From: Malacoraja senta
Lineage: Eukaryota
DNA length: 64,000 bases
NCBI GenBank assembly: GCA_038087875.1
Contig: CM075977.1
Coordinates: 111,910,001-111,974,000, forward strand
Direction of reading: 5' to 3'
Position numbers and translations under genes: made by a program. Under the pieces are notes generated by a model. That model was not told the origin of the DNA. It searched no databases and was given only the letters and a program-made list of their open reading frames with translations. This document shows positions 49,520-63,000 of this stretch, one piece after another. How positions within the stretch are numbered: the first letter of the stretch is position 1; each line of letters starts with the position of its first letter.

Positions 49520-50680
49520 GAATCTTGAATCTTGAAATTAGGGCACATGTTATTGAGGGTAGAGTGGTGACATGGATAGGAAATTGGTTGGCAGACCGGA
49601 TACAAAGAGTAGGGATCAACGGGTCCCTTTCAGATTGGAAGGCAGTGACTAGTGGGGTACCGCAAACTCGGTGCTGGGACCGCAGCTATTTACAATATAC
49701 ATCAATGATTTACATGAAGACATTTAAAGTAACATTAGCAAATTTGCAGATAACTTAAAGCCTGGTGGCACTGTGAACTGCGAGGAGGATGCTATGAGAA
49801 TGCAGGGTGGCTAGGACAGGTTCGGTGAATGGGCAGGTGCATGGCAGACGCAGTTTAATGTGGATGAATGTGAGGTTATCCACTTTGGTAGCAAAAGCAG
49901 GAAGGCAGATTATTATCTAAATGGTGTCAAGTTGGGAAAAGGGGAGGTACAACGGGATCTGGGGGTCCTTGTTAATCAATCGATGAATGTAAGCATGCAG
50001 ATACAGCCGGCAGTGAAGAAGGCGAATGGCATGTTGGCCTTCATAACAAGAGGAGTTGAGTATAGGTGCAAGGAGGCCCTCTTGCAGTTGTACAGGGCCC
50101 TAGTGAGACCACACCTGGAGTATTGTGTGCAGTTTTTGTCTCCAAATTTGAGGAAGGACGTTTTTGCTATTGAGGGCGTGCAGCGTAGGTTCACAAGGTT
50201 AATTCCCGGGATGGCGGGACTGTCATTTCCTGAGAGAATGGAGCGGCTGGGCATGTATTCTCTGGAAATGAGAAGGATGAGCGGGTATCTTATTGAAACA
50301 TAAAGGATTATTAATGGGTTGGACATGCTAGCGGCAGAAAACATGTTCCCGATGTTGGGGGAGTTCAGCACCAGAGGGCACAGTTTAAGAATACGGGGTA
50401 AGCCATTTAGAACGGAGATGAGGAAACACGTTTTCACACAGAGTGTTGTGGATCTATGGAATTCTCTGCTGGTGGAGGCAGGTTCTCTGGATACTTTCTA
50501 GAGAGAGCTAGATAGGGCTCTTAAAGATAGCGTAGTCAGGGGATATGGGGAGAAGGCAGGAACGGGGTAGTGACCGTGGATGATCAGCCGTGATCACATT
50601 GAATAGCGGTGCTGGCTCGAAGACCCGAATGGCCTGCTCCTGCACCTATTGTCTATTGTCTATTGCCTATTGTTTATTGT
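49520..50680 (+). mobile_element. CR1 RT/3' fragment ((CTATTGT)n tail)
   Basis: ORF 49860-50303 (CEVIHFG..RDLGV..RPHLEYCVQF); tail at ~50646-50680. Confidence 0.88.
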
Positions 50681-51589
50681 GCACATTTAGAGAGGAACTG
50701 TGAAAAGCTTTTGTTGCGTGCTGACTATTCAGGAGAAAGGCAATACATAATTACGTGTACAGATACATGATAAAGAGAATAACGTTTGGTGCAAGATAAA
50801 GCCCAGTAATGTCCGATTAAATATAGTCCGTAGGTTCCCAATAATGGAGAGAGTAGCCCAGGAGCACTCTCTCGGTGCTGATAGAATCATTCAGCTCCCT
50901 GATGACAGCCGAAAATAAAATGTTCCTGAACCTGGAGTCTTACGTTTTCACATTTCTGTACCTTTTGCCTCTTGGGGAAGGGAGACGATATCACGCCGTA
51001 CATTTATTTTATATTTATTATACCAGATCATGTGTTACCTCGCAATTGTACCTACAAATATCTTTTCTCCCCCAGTCAGCCATTCGCGTTCGAGGTTACC
51101 TGGCTTCCACAATATGCAAAGAATATTGATCATCCTAATGGGGGACGGCGGGGTATTTTCCAGAGGAGGCCGGACGTGGCTGACGTGATCGGTAGGTTGG
51201 ATGTTAGTGATGTGATGTACTCCAGACAGTACTTAAAGTATATTGTCCCTGTATTTTAACGCTCAATACTGTCGAATTTGGTAGCGTGCCAGGCCCTGTG
51301 CATCCTGATACGAATTCACGAATTATCTTGAAAACTGTATTATCCCTGTCACCTCACATACTTGGTTTCACACATTGATTTTACAATACATATTGGTAAT
51401 ATAGAAACTCTTTGTGCCCGGATTAAACGAGGCTGTTAAATATTTATACGGGATTAATCCTATTCTTGTCATACTACAAACTGGTAATGTTGAGATGTCA
51501 CGCGGGCCCACTGTAACATTGTAACATTAAGTCCCGTCTGTTTTCGTAGTCAGGATGTTAGGAGCAATTATGCCTGACAAGTCTATTGG

Positions 51590-52480
51590 AATTAATTCAG
51601 GAAGTACCGAGCAGGATAGACAAAGAAGAGTCAGGGGATGTTGTTTGTTGGATTTTCAGAAGTACTTTGATAAGTTGCGCACAAGAGGCTGCTAGGTAAG
51701 ATAGGACCCCGTGGTATAGTGGGAAGGTACTGGCGTGGATAGGCTTACAGATAGAAAGCAGAGTGAGAAACAAATTAAGGGGGCCTTTTCTGGATGTCTG
51801 CTGGTGATTGGTCGTGTTCCGCAGGCGTCTATGTTGTGGCTACTTTCCACATTATATGTCATTAAACTGGATGATGGAGTTGGTGGCTTCTTCAGGCTTA
51901 CGAATGATGCGAAGTTACGTTGAGGAGGAGGTAACTTTAAGCAAGCCGTCAGTCTGCGGAAGGACTTGGACACTTTGGGGCTGTGGGCAAAGAAGTGGCA
52001 AATGGAATTGGGCGTTGCAACGTGAACGGTCATGCTGCTGGTAGAAGGAATAAAGGTATGGACTATTTCTAAATATAGAGATGATTTAGAAAGAGGAGGT
52101 GCAAAGGGACCAGGATGTGCTGCTCCAACTTTCCCAAAATGTTAATTAGCATGTCGAGTCCTAGTCGGAAAAGCAGATGCTATGCGAGCATTCATTTAGA
52201 GAGGACTAGAAATATAAAAGCGAGGATGCGTTGCTGAGACTTTCAAAGACACTGGTCAGGCCGCATTTGGAATATTGTGAACAGTACTGGCTCCCGTATC
52301 GAAGGAGGAGTGTGCTGGCGTTGGAGAGGATCCAGAGGAGGTTTGGGAGAATAATCCCTTGGATAATTGGGTTGATGTATGAGAAGCGTTTGATGGCTTT
52401 GGGCCTGTACTTGCTGTCATTTTTAAGGATGAGGGGAGATCTAATTGAAACCTGCCGAATAATTGCAAGCCTAGATATAA
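51590..52480 (+). mobile_element. Old CR1 fragment
   Basis: DFQKYFDK and RPHLEYCEQYW motifs. Confidence 0.65.
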
Positions 52481-52489
52481 TGAAGAGAG

Positions 52490-53119
52490 ACACAAAATGC
52501 TGAATAACTCAGCGGGTCTTGCAGCATTTCTGGAGAAAAGGAATGGATGACATTTCGGGCCGAGTCATTTCTTCAGACTGATGTCAGGGAAGTGGGGGGT
52601 ACATAGATAAGCAAGTGCATAGATAAGGAAGTGTGAAAACAGGACAAAGGAAATGTAAATCAAGGAAAATGTGGAATAAATCATTGTTAGTTGGGAGAAG
52701 GTAATAACAAACCAAACAGAGATAAAATGTAGTCGGAGACGTAAGACTGGTCGGAGAACTGGGAAGGGGGAAGGGTTGGAGCTAGAAGGAAAACAAATGC
52801 TATTGAAATTAGAGAAGTCAATGTTCATACCACTGGGATGTAAGCTTCGCAAGCGAAATATGATATGCTGTTCTTTCAATTTCCGCTGAGCCCCATTCTG
52901 ACAATGGAGGAGGCACCGGACAGAAAGGTCAGTGTGGGAATGGGAGAGGGAGTTAAAGTGTTGAGCAACGGGGAGATCAGGTATGTTTAAGCGGACTGAG
53001 CCGAGGTGTTCGGCGAAATGATCGCCGAGCCTGCGCTTGGTCTGGCCGATATGCAGGAGTCCACACTTTTAACAGCGGATACAGTAGATGAGGTTGGAGG
53101 AGTTGCAAGTGAACCTCTG
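52490..53119 (-). mobile_element. Penelope-like fragment truncated by a Gypsy LTR
   Basis: Matches 22740-23200; the terminal motif is at 52549-52576. Confidence 0.7.
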
Positions 53120-53370
53120 TGTTTGTGAATGATCCACAGCAACACACACATAGTGAAGATCAATCTTTATTCCATAGGCAAACAGGAACATTCGGACAGC
53201 CAGCTATTCTCGTCTAGCTCCGCTGGCTTGTGAGAGAGAGAGAAAGAGATTGAGGTAGGCGACCTTGCTAGTGTAAAGCTGTGTAGTACAGTAATACCAT
53301 GTAATTGGTGGTATGCACATTGGTGTAGTGGAGATTATACATGGCATGAATTAATAAGGGTTAATCTGCA
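53120..53370 (-). repeat. Gypsy 3' LTR (251 bp)
   Basis: TG...CA ends, immediately after the PPT, with AATAAA on minus near 53166-53171. Confidence 0.75.
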
Positions 53371-54606
53371 TGCTTCCTCTTAAAGAAGCAAAGCATATAT
53401 AGAGTAGTTAGTGGAGCATCTTGTAAAACAACAGTATAAGGTGTGGCATTTATTATTTTACTGCACATGTGACCACATAAAACAAAACGGGTCATGCACA
53501 GTTCAAGTGTAGCCGGTTAATTTTCCAATCAGCGGATTTAGCTTGCAGACACGTCCGGCACGTGTATGGTAATAACCCTCATACACCTTATCCTTCTCTG
53601 AGGTAGCAAGTCCCTTATCTGGCGTACGCGGAGGAGAAGACACCGGTGGAGATGGGGGCACCGGGCAAGGCAGGGATGGCACTGGCACCGGCAGAGGACT
53701 CGCTGGAGTAGCATTCGCGGAGAGTGAGGGAAGACTGGCGGGCTGGTCCGGGAAGGTGCCGATTCATTATCCGGGAGGAGGTGTTGGCGGGTTCGGCGAT
53801 AGATGCCGTTGTCAATACTGACAAAGTACGAGCGTGGTTCAGCGGTGGACCACAGAATGACTCCGAGGCGGTCGTAACCTCGGAGTGACCACAAAAGGAC
53901 AAGCGGTCTCTTGTTGAGTGGTTGAAGTGGAGAGCTGGTTTTATCGTAGTATTTTTTTTGTATGTTGCGGCGGCATTGGAGCTGGGATTGGATAACTGAC
54001 GGCGCACAAACGCGTGCTTCTAGTAGTTGTTTGGCCATAGGCAGAGTGGAGCTGGTTCGCCGTGACATGAGCGGCTCAGCTGCAGATCCCAGGAGAGGAT
54101 CGCGGACGATGTTGCGAAGGTTGAGTAAGTCGAGATAAACATCAGAGCCAGCCCTGTGTGAGCGTTCTATTAGTTCTTTTGCACTTTTTACCGTACGCTC
54201 CGCCAGGCCGTTGGACTGCGGGCACTCGGGGCTATTGGTAATATGGTGAAAGTCCCAGTTTTTCGCGAAATTCCTGAAGAGCTGACTGGAGAACTGAGGT
54301 CCATTGATGAGAGTAGCTTTAGGCGGGCTCCGTGGAAAGAGAAGTGACGAGTTCGTTTCTGAATTACGATGGTTGAGGTCGGGCTACTGAGCAGGTCGAT
54401 TTCAAACCATCCTGAGTTGGAATCAACTAACACCAGGTATTATTGGCCGTGCCACTCGAAGATATCGGCTGCTACTGTGGACCAGGGTAAGTCCGGTGTG
54501 GGGTGCGGGAGGAATGGTTCTTTCTGTTGGTGCGGGGTCAAGCTATTGCAGATCGGGCAGGCAGCAACCTTCTCTAGAATGTAGTTAGCCATGTCTGGCC
54601 AGAACA

Positions 54607-55396
54607 GTCAAGTCATTTCAAGTCAAGTCACATCTATTTATATAGCACATTTTAAAAAACAACTCTCGTTGGCCAAAGTGCTTTACATTTGTTATAAGAA
54701 TAGTATAAACAAACAAACAACATACATATATACATATAGCTCTCGCTCAGAGGACGTCAGGAGAGGCTTGGGAGTACAGATACATTTTTAGTCTAGACTT
54801 AAAGGAGTCGATGGAAGGGGCAGATCTGATGGGAAGCGGGATGCTGTTGCACAGTTTAGGAGCTGCATCCGCAAAGGCGCAGTCGCCCCTGAGCTTATGT
54901 CTAGACCGCGGGATGTTCAGCAAACCCCAAGTCGGCGGATGTGAGGGACCTGGAGGTGGTGTGGTGGGTCAGAAGACTTTTAATGTAGGTGGCGGCAAGC
55001 CCATTGAGGGCTTTGTAGACATAGAGGAGGATCTTGAAATTTATTCGGAACCGCACAGGGAGCCAGTGGAGAGAGACCAGGATCGGGGTGATGTGGTCCC
55101 TTTTTCGGGTGCCCGTCAGGAGACTCGCTGCGGCGTTTTGGACCAGTTGCAGTCGGGACAGGAAAGATTGGCTGATGCCAGTGCAAAGGGCGTTGCAGTA
55201 ATCTAGGCGGGAGGAGATAAATGTGTGGATGATCTTTTCGAGGTCATCAAACTGGAGGAATTGTTTTATTTTAGCTGTCGTCCGAATCTGAAAGAAGCTA
55301 GCTTTTACCACGGCATTGACTTGTTTGTCCAATTTCAGTGCTGAATCAAATATCACGCCAAGGTTTTTGGCGTGAGGTTTGAGTAGTGGGGGAAGG
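54607..55396 (-). mobile_element. L2-clade LINE 3' fragment inserted into the Gypsy integrase zinc finger
   Basis: KNLGVIFD..SRLDYCNAL..LQLVQNAAA..HITPIL.SLHWLPV; (GACTT)n tail at 54607-54630. The integrase frame is split between LAKGV and FWPDM. Confidence 0.9.
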
Positions 55397-56527
55397 CACT
55401 CCTTTTGCAAGTTGAAGGGTTATTTCTGCAGCGGGATGGCCCCAATTGACAATTTCGATGTACTTGCTGTGAAGGTACTGCGGGATAACCGCCTTTGGTC
55501 CTTTCATTATCACGCCGTCCTGGCTGACCAGATCATCATGGACAGGGAAAATGGGCGGACAGCTTGTGGCAAGTGGTGCTGTTTGTCTGGCCATCCGCGG
55601 CAGATGACCGTGGCCAGCGATTGTAGCATTTCGTCTGCAGCTGTTTGTGATACTAGGATGTCTAAACCGGCAGATGGGAGGCAGGAGACCATCATAACCG
55701 TGTACACCTCATGCTCATCATCAGACAGGTGTTTTTCGCATGTTGGGCGAGGTTCCCCTTAAGACGGTGTCTGCTAAGTGCATGCCCTTACCATGTTTGT
55801 AGGTTAGTCTGATGTCATATCTCTGTATTTCCATCATCATGCGTTGATGTGTCTATCTTAGCGGCAAACTTGGTGTTGTTGATACTGAGCGTTGTCATGG
55901 GATCATTGTCTGTAGCCACAGAGTCGGGAATACAAGAATGTATGTTTTGGCTGACTTCTTGTAGGTCCTGCGGTTGCGGTTTTGCTGTTTCAGTCAGTGC
56001 TTCGTGGGAGAGTGTGGGTTCAAGTGCAAAGATAGATTGTTGTGACTGGGCCCTGCTGGCACGGGCGCGGCAGCACCTGATAAAGTGGCCTTTGTTTTTA
56101 CAATTGAGACAAGATTTGCCATAAGCGGGACTTTGCTCACGAGATTTCGGGCGTGAACCATCGCAATTACCACAGTTATTGACTAGATGATCAGTTACCC
56201 TCCCTGGGGGTTTAGGCGATTGTTGAGGGGTTAATGCTTGTCTTGGGAACATATAGAAGTCATGGATGTCATAGGCAGAGAGTGGCCCCGGTCCCAAGAC
56301 TTTGGTGTGGGTATCATTGTATTCTGCAACCCGGCAGGCACATTTAACCTCATCAAGTGTAAGCTCCTCATCCCAGAGTAATTGATTTTTCACCTGATCA
56401 TTCAGGATGCCATATACGAGTCTGCGGCGGATGACCATGTCGCGGTCTTGGAAGTGGCATCTGGATGCAATGCTCTTGAGTGCACCAATGTAGGATTCAA
56501 CCCTTTCACCCCCTTGTGGCTGCGGGA

Positions 56528-57020
56528 TAAAAACTTATGGTGTATAAAGCCAACCTGAAGAAATCACTCCCTAACTTTCACCAACATTTCTCCTGCAGCA
56601 CCAGAGGACCAAACATCCTCGACCATTGCTACACCATCATTAAGGATGCCAATCGCTGTATCCCTCGCCCTCACTTCGGTAAATCCATCCACACCGTGGA
56701 CCTGCTTCTTCCTGCCTTCAGACAGCAATTAAAGAGAGCACCCCAGAGGTGAGGACTGTACAGAGCTGGTCGGGGGGGGGGGGGCGGGGGGCCGAGGAAC
56801 AACTCCAGGACGGTTTGGAGTCTGCAGACTGGGCAATGTTCCGGGACTCGGCAACGGACTTGGTTACGAAATGTGTGGAGGACTGCATCCCTACAAAAAC
56901 CTTCCGAGTGTTTCCCAATCAGAAACCTTGGATGAACTTTGAGATCCGCACTCTTGTGAAGACCAGACACCGGGCATTCATGTCTGATGATACAATGGTC
57001 TACAAGAAGTCCAGATAAGT
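56528..57020 (+). mobile_element. Rex1/Babar-type LINE internal fragment
   Basis: TRGPNILDHCYT..PRPHFGKS and DCIPTKTFRVFPNQKPWM motifs. Confidence 0.75.
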
Positions 57021-57023
57021 CCA

Positions 57024-60000
57024 GAGACTTCCGGTGGCGCCATGGAGGTGTAAGGGCGCAGCATTGAGTTCCGCTCCCGCTAAAATCGCGAAAAAAGCCG
57101 TTTTGAAAGACGGAACCGATTTAAAAATACTCACCGGAGCTGTTTGACGTCGTGTAAGTGACGTCATCAGAAATCGCCGCGAAAAAACGGAGTTTAACGG
57201 GAGTTTTAAATGAGTAAAGGGAATCGTTCACAGAGAATCAAAAAAACGGCTACCAGTCTCCATCTTCAGGAACCAGGTAACACTCTGCAAACTCTGCAAT
57301 CAACAACAGAAAGAGGAAAAGAAGAGCCTGACTCTCAACGTTTTGTGTCTGAAATGGCTTCAAAAGGACAGATAAAGGAGAAGGAGAAAGAAATGAAGCA
57401 AATGGAACAGATGGTAAGACCAATGTTACTGAAGACATTTCCCAAATGGTAGCGGACGTGAACAGTACATTGGAGAATAATCTCTCTAAATTGGAGCATA
57501 ACCTCTCTAAAAAAATTGACACTGCTTGTGGTGAATTAAAGGAGCTGTACATCTCTTTAAAGAAGCAGTTTAAAGAACTTGATAAAAAGTCAACGGCAGA
57601 ATTTACCGGAATGGAAAAAGATTATAATAAGAATTTGAGAAGATGTTTGAGAATATGAAAATGTCTGATAAGCTGATGGAAGATATGGACACTGTAATGA
57701 AAGAGATGGCTCAGGAAATAACGAGTCTGAGAAAAGCACAATAATCTGTTGGGGAGCAACTTGTTAAACTGACTGATAAATGTCTGGACTTGGAAGCGAG
57801 GTCGAGAAGTTGTTTTTATGTAGTTTTTATTATTTTTTTTTGTCGGGGTATGTGTGTGGGGGGGTGGGGGTGGGGGTGGGGGTGGGGGGGGGAAACTTTA
57901 AAATCTTTCCGCTGCACGGGAGACCCGACCTTTTCTTTGTCGGGTCTCCGTTGTCGTTGGGGCTGGGCAACGTGGAGCGGCCTCCAGCAGGAACGACCTG
58001 GGGCTCCCGTGGAGCTGCGGACTACTCACCGTCACGGGGCTGGCCGAGTCCGGAGCGGGTGGAGCTGTGGTGGAGACAATCGCTGGTGCGACCCGACCGC
58101 CGGAGATTCGGAGGCTACAACCGCGGGTCTGGCGGACGGCAACACTGAAAGCCCGCGGGTCCCCTGGTGGGAGACTGCTTTTCGGGGCTTCCGCAGCGGC
58201 GACTTCTCCCGCCCGAGTTGCGGGGTTGAGGAGCACCTGGAGCGGGGCTTTATACCCCCGCGCGGCTTGGAATGGCTGCCGGACTTTGCGGGCGCGCGCC
58301 GGGGCTCTAACACCAAGACCCGGTGCGCGACCTTGCATCACCCGGCGTGGCTTTAATGGCTGCGGGACAATCACCATCGCCCGCCGGGGGCTTTGACTTT
58401 GACTCTGACATCGGGGGGGGGGGGGAGTGCAGTGGAGAGATACGTTATTTTTGCCTTCCATCACAGCGTTGTGATGGATGTATGTGTAAATTGTGTTGTG
58501 TCTCGGGTCTTCTTTGTTTTGTATTGTATGGCTGCAGAAACGACATTTCGTTTGGACCTCAAGGGGTCCAAATGACAAATTTGTCCCTCAAAAGACAAAT
58601 AAATTGAATTGAATTGAATTGAATTGAATTGAGAAGGCAGAATTTAAGAATTGTTGGAGTACAGGAGGGACGAGAGCGTGGAACTCAAACACGTGATTTC
58701 GTTGCCAGCTTACTTAAAGACGTTTTTAAACTGCCGGAAAACGCGAGAATAGATGTGGCTCACCGTGTAGGACGTTTTCAAACAGGGGCAAATGCCTCCC
58801 CAAGACAGATGATAGTGAAATTTCTCGACATCTCTGCACTCGAAAATATATTGAGGATGATTCCTCACGGAGCGGATCTGACATTTGCCGGGGTTAATCT
58901 TAGATTCTTCCGTGATTATCCCCCTGAAATCGTAAAAAAAAGGAGCTTGTTCACAAAGACAGGAAAAATTCTGAAAGTAATCCCCAAGGTGAGATATGGG
59001 GTGATATATCCTGGCAAAATGAAGATTACTTATAATTCTACTGAACGCTCCTTTACGGTTCCAGAACTGGCATTTAAATATGCACAACATAACGCAAAGG
59101 AACAAGATTGATTACCAGAAGTCTACAGAGGAGAATGGTGAAGATCAGACTTTTTAATACAAGATTTTGTTCTAATTAAGCTGGCGGAACTCGTTTCCAG
59201 ACAGTTACCAGACATACTTATCTGTCTGGAATGTGTTTCCGAGCGCAGAGTCCATGTTCCACCTTGGATGGAAAACCTAAAGGTAAACAAAATGAAGTCG
59301 AAGATACAGAATTAAAATTGAGGAACACGGAAAGAAATATAAACGGACTGGAATATAAAAATCTGTTGATTTAAGAAAATCTTTAATTATCATATATGAA
59401 TATTAAATAATCAATTAATCTAACTAACTTAATAATACTAATCTGCTTTTAATGTAACCTGTAAATATGACTAACACACGGAGCGGGGGGATAAAAGGGA
59501 GCTTAGTCCACGATGTTAAATAATTTTAACCCAGTTTAAAGGTAATGAACTAAAATTGATGATATATACTAAAATATAGTAATTAACTAAAATGTTCAAA
59601 ACAATTCTAACATAATATAACCGTGTGTGAAGGAGGGAGGAGCATCACACACTTGGAAAAGATCCAGATGCTTGGCTCTGTTTAACCCCTTGGAACCTGC
59701 TTGTACTTAAGCTAAAGACTGGGCTATAATGTAATAACTTCGGGTGTATAATGTATAATTTACATATGGTAAAGTTCAGAATAGATTTAATGCTAGACTA
59801 ATTGGAAATGCATATATACATATAGAATTGAATGTCTGTTTTTGTTCTTTTTTTTTCTCTCTTTCTGAGGTATTTTTTCTGTTTTTACCTGCTCTGGTTG
59901 GATAAACTTTAAAAATATGAAACGGCCCGCAGCCTTTCACGATACTCGGTCAAGGGGACGGAGCTCAATGTAAAATAACAACAACGGAAGTCTACAATTT

Positions 60001-63000
60001 TTTCTCCACCTTAGGTGGCTTTTCGTTTTTGCGGTATCTTCTCTTAGATACCTTAACGACCAACCAACACCCAGAATTCTGAGGTATTTGGTTGCACCGT
60101 ATGAATCAAAAATATCAAATTGATCTATAATGCAAGACGATAGACACATAAAGAACGGAGGATTTACGTTCTGCAGCTGGAATATAAGGGGTGCCAATGA
60201 ACCAATTAAGAGGGGCAAGATTTTTGCCCAATTAAAATCATTCAATTCTGACATAATTTTTTTGCAGGAAACACATATGAAACAACAAACACAGATGATA
60301 CTGAAGGCAAATTGGATAGGTCAAACATATTATTCTTCATTTCTAAATCTAGAGGTACGGCTATTATCATTCGAAAAGGTATACCATTTAAATTAAATAA
60401 TACTATATCAGATAAAGAGGGAAGGTATATTATAGTTTCGGGAAAAATTTACTCCACCTCATTGACTATGATAAATATTTACGCTACGAATTTTGATAAC
60501 CCAATATTTTAAAATAAAATTCTGGATATTATATCAGAGTTTAATTAGCAAAATGTAATAATAGGGGGGGATTTCAACTGCGTTTTAGACCCATATTTAG
60601 ACAAATCAGTAAAACAAAGGAGGGGTAACTTAAAATCGAAGACTAGTGAACTTCTAAACACATATATAAAAATACTAATATAACAGATGTATGGAGAACT
60701 GCTAACCCAACTGGAAGGGAATATTCGTTTTACTCATCGGTACATAAATCTTATTCACGAATTGATTATTCCTTAGTGGATACAAAATTAATTCCATATA
60801 CAATCAATCCTAAGTACCACAACAGTATTATTTCCGATCATTCCCCGTTGACTATTCTATTAAAATTTGAGGGAATGCCGGGTAAAAAAAAATTCTGGTG
60901 GTTTAACACACAAATCTTAAACAACCCACAAGGTTATATATATATATATATATAAAACAACAAATGACATTTTTTTTAGACAAATGAGACACCAGGTATT
61001 TCACCTTCTTTGTTATGGGAAACTTTCAAGGCATTTATCAGAGGAGTTATAATCTCATATCAAATTTTCCAAAATAAAAAGAATAAGACTGAACAACTGA
61101 AGTTAGAACAAGAAATCAGACAATTAGAGTTAAATAATGCCAAAGATCCAACTACAGATAAACATAATTAGATAATACTATTGAAATTTAAACTTAATAG
61201 AATTTTCTCGCCAAGAATAGTAAGATTATTCCAAATTACAAAACAGGAACATTTTGAATTTAGTGATAAGCCACATAAACTTTTAGCTTGTCAATTGAAA
61301 AAACAAGAAAAGGAAAATACTATCACCAAAATTAAATCAGAGAAAGGTGAATTACTAACATTACCTAAGGATATTAACAAAAGATTTGCTCAATTTTATC
61401 AAAATTTATATACACCTAAATCTAAAACAGAAGATAGTAAAGTTAGGAAAATTTTAAATAACTGTAATCTTCCAAAACTTGACCTCTCGGAACAAAAGGA
61501 ATTACGAGCTCAGTTTACACTTGAAGAAATAGGAGAAACAATAAAATCGCTGAAAAATGGTAAGACGCCTGGACCAGATAGTTTTAGCAATGAATTTTAC
61601 AAACGATTTCACGAGATAACGGATCCACGTTTACATAAATTATATACTCATGCCTTTAGAGAAAATAAACTACCAGATACATTAGCTGAATCAACTATTA
61701 CGCTTATACCAAAAAAAGATAAAGATTTAGAAGAACCAAGCTCATATAGAGCTATATAACTTTTAAATACAGATCAGAATATTTTAGCAAAGATCTAGCA
61801 AGAAGATTGTAAAAATATTAGTAAATTGATAAATCCAGATCAAACGGGGTTTATACCCAAAAGACATTCATTTAATAATTTGTGACGCCTGTTTAATATA
61901 ATGTACTCACATAAAACGGAAGAAGCAGATATATCAATTGTTTCTCTGGACGCAGAGAAAGCATTTGATCAGGTAGAGTGGCAGTATTTATATAAAGTAC
62001 TGCAAAAATTTCATATGGGAGAGAATTTTATTGTATGGGTAAAATTATTATATGACAAACCGACGGCAAGAATATTAACTAATAACATGTTATCTCCAAA
62101 ATTTCAATTATCGAGGGGCAATAGGCAGGGATGTGCATTATCACCCCTGCTATTTGCCCTTACGATAGTCCTTAGCTGAACGTATAAGAACTCATCCGAA
62201 TATTCATGGATATAATTCTAAGGACTCCAAAAATAAAATTGCATTATACGCAGACGATATACTTTTATACATAATAAATTCGCAAATGAGCATACCAAAC
62301 TTATTAAATTTAATTGAGGAATTCGGTTATTTTTCAGGATACAGAATAAACTGGAATAAAAGCGAAATCATGACGTTAAAACCTCAAGAACCGACACACC
62401 TATTAAAATTCCCCTTTAAAATTGCAAAAGAAAAATTTAAGTATTTGGGTATCCAAATTACCAGAAAATACAAATCATTATTTAATGCTAATTTTACGCC
62501 CTTGTTAAATAAATTGAACGTGTTGATTAAATTCTGGAAAACACTCCAGTTGTCATTAATAGGCAGAATAAACGCTATAAAAATGATCTTTTTACCACAA
62601 ATATTATACTTATTCCAATCTATCCCATTATACATACCAAAAAACGTCTTCAAAAAATTAGACTCTAACATTACTAACTTTATTTGGGACAATAGATCAC
62701 ATAGAATTCAAAGAAAACATCTGTGTAAACCTAAAGATGCTGGGGGACTTTCACCTCCGAACTTGTTGTATTATTACTGGGCAGTGCATATTAAAAATAT
62801 AATTTATTGGTTGGACAGTCCTACCCAACTGACAGAATGGATAAGAATGGAGAAAGAGGATTGTTCTCCTTGCAATATAGGAGCGATCCTCTTCTCCCCG
62901 ATAAAACTGAACAACAAAATATATCAGAATAATTCAATTATCCACAATACAATAAGAATTCGGAAACAAATAGAATTCTTTAAAATTAAGAAATAGTGAA

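Larger units (their letters stand above)
53120..56525 (-). mobile_element. Ty3/Gypsy LTR retrotransposon remnant (gag, protease, integrase, 3' LTR; RT deleted, 5' LTR missing)
   Basis: Gag zinc knuckle CLNCKNKGHFIRCC and protease-like KIDT in ORF 55815-56438. Integrase motifs GH...FWPDM..CPIC, PWSTVAADIF and VDSNSGWFE. PPT TTAAGAGGAAGCA at 53371-53383. Confidence 0.88.

Noticed and set aside
51076-51191. Possible plus-strand exon (strong acceptor, GTAGGT donor; QPFAFEVTWLPQY...)
   Set aside because: Isolated and unrecognisable product; splice-like signals occur by chance at this scale.
57790-58578. Overlapping 100-226 aa ORFs in the GC-rich insert
   Set aside because: Expected from the scarcity of stop codons in GC-rich DNA; no domain motifs.
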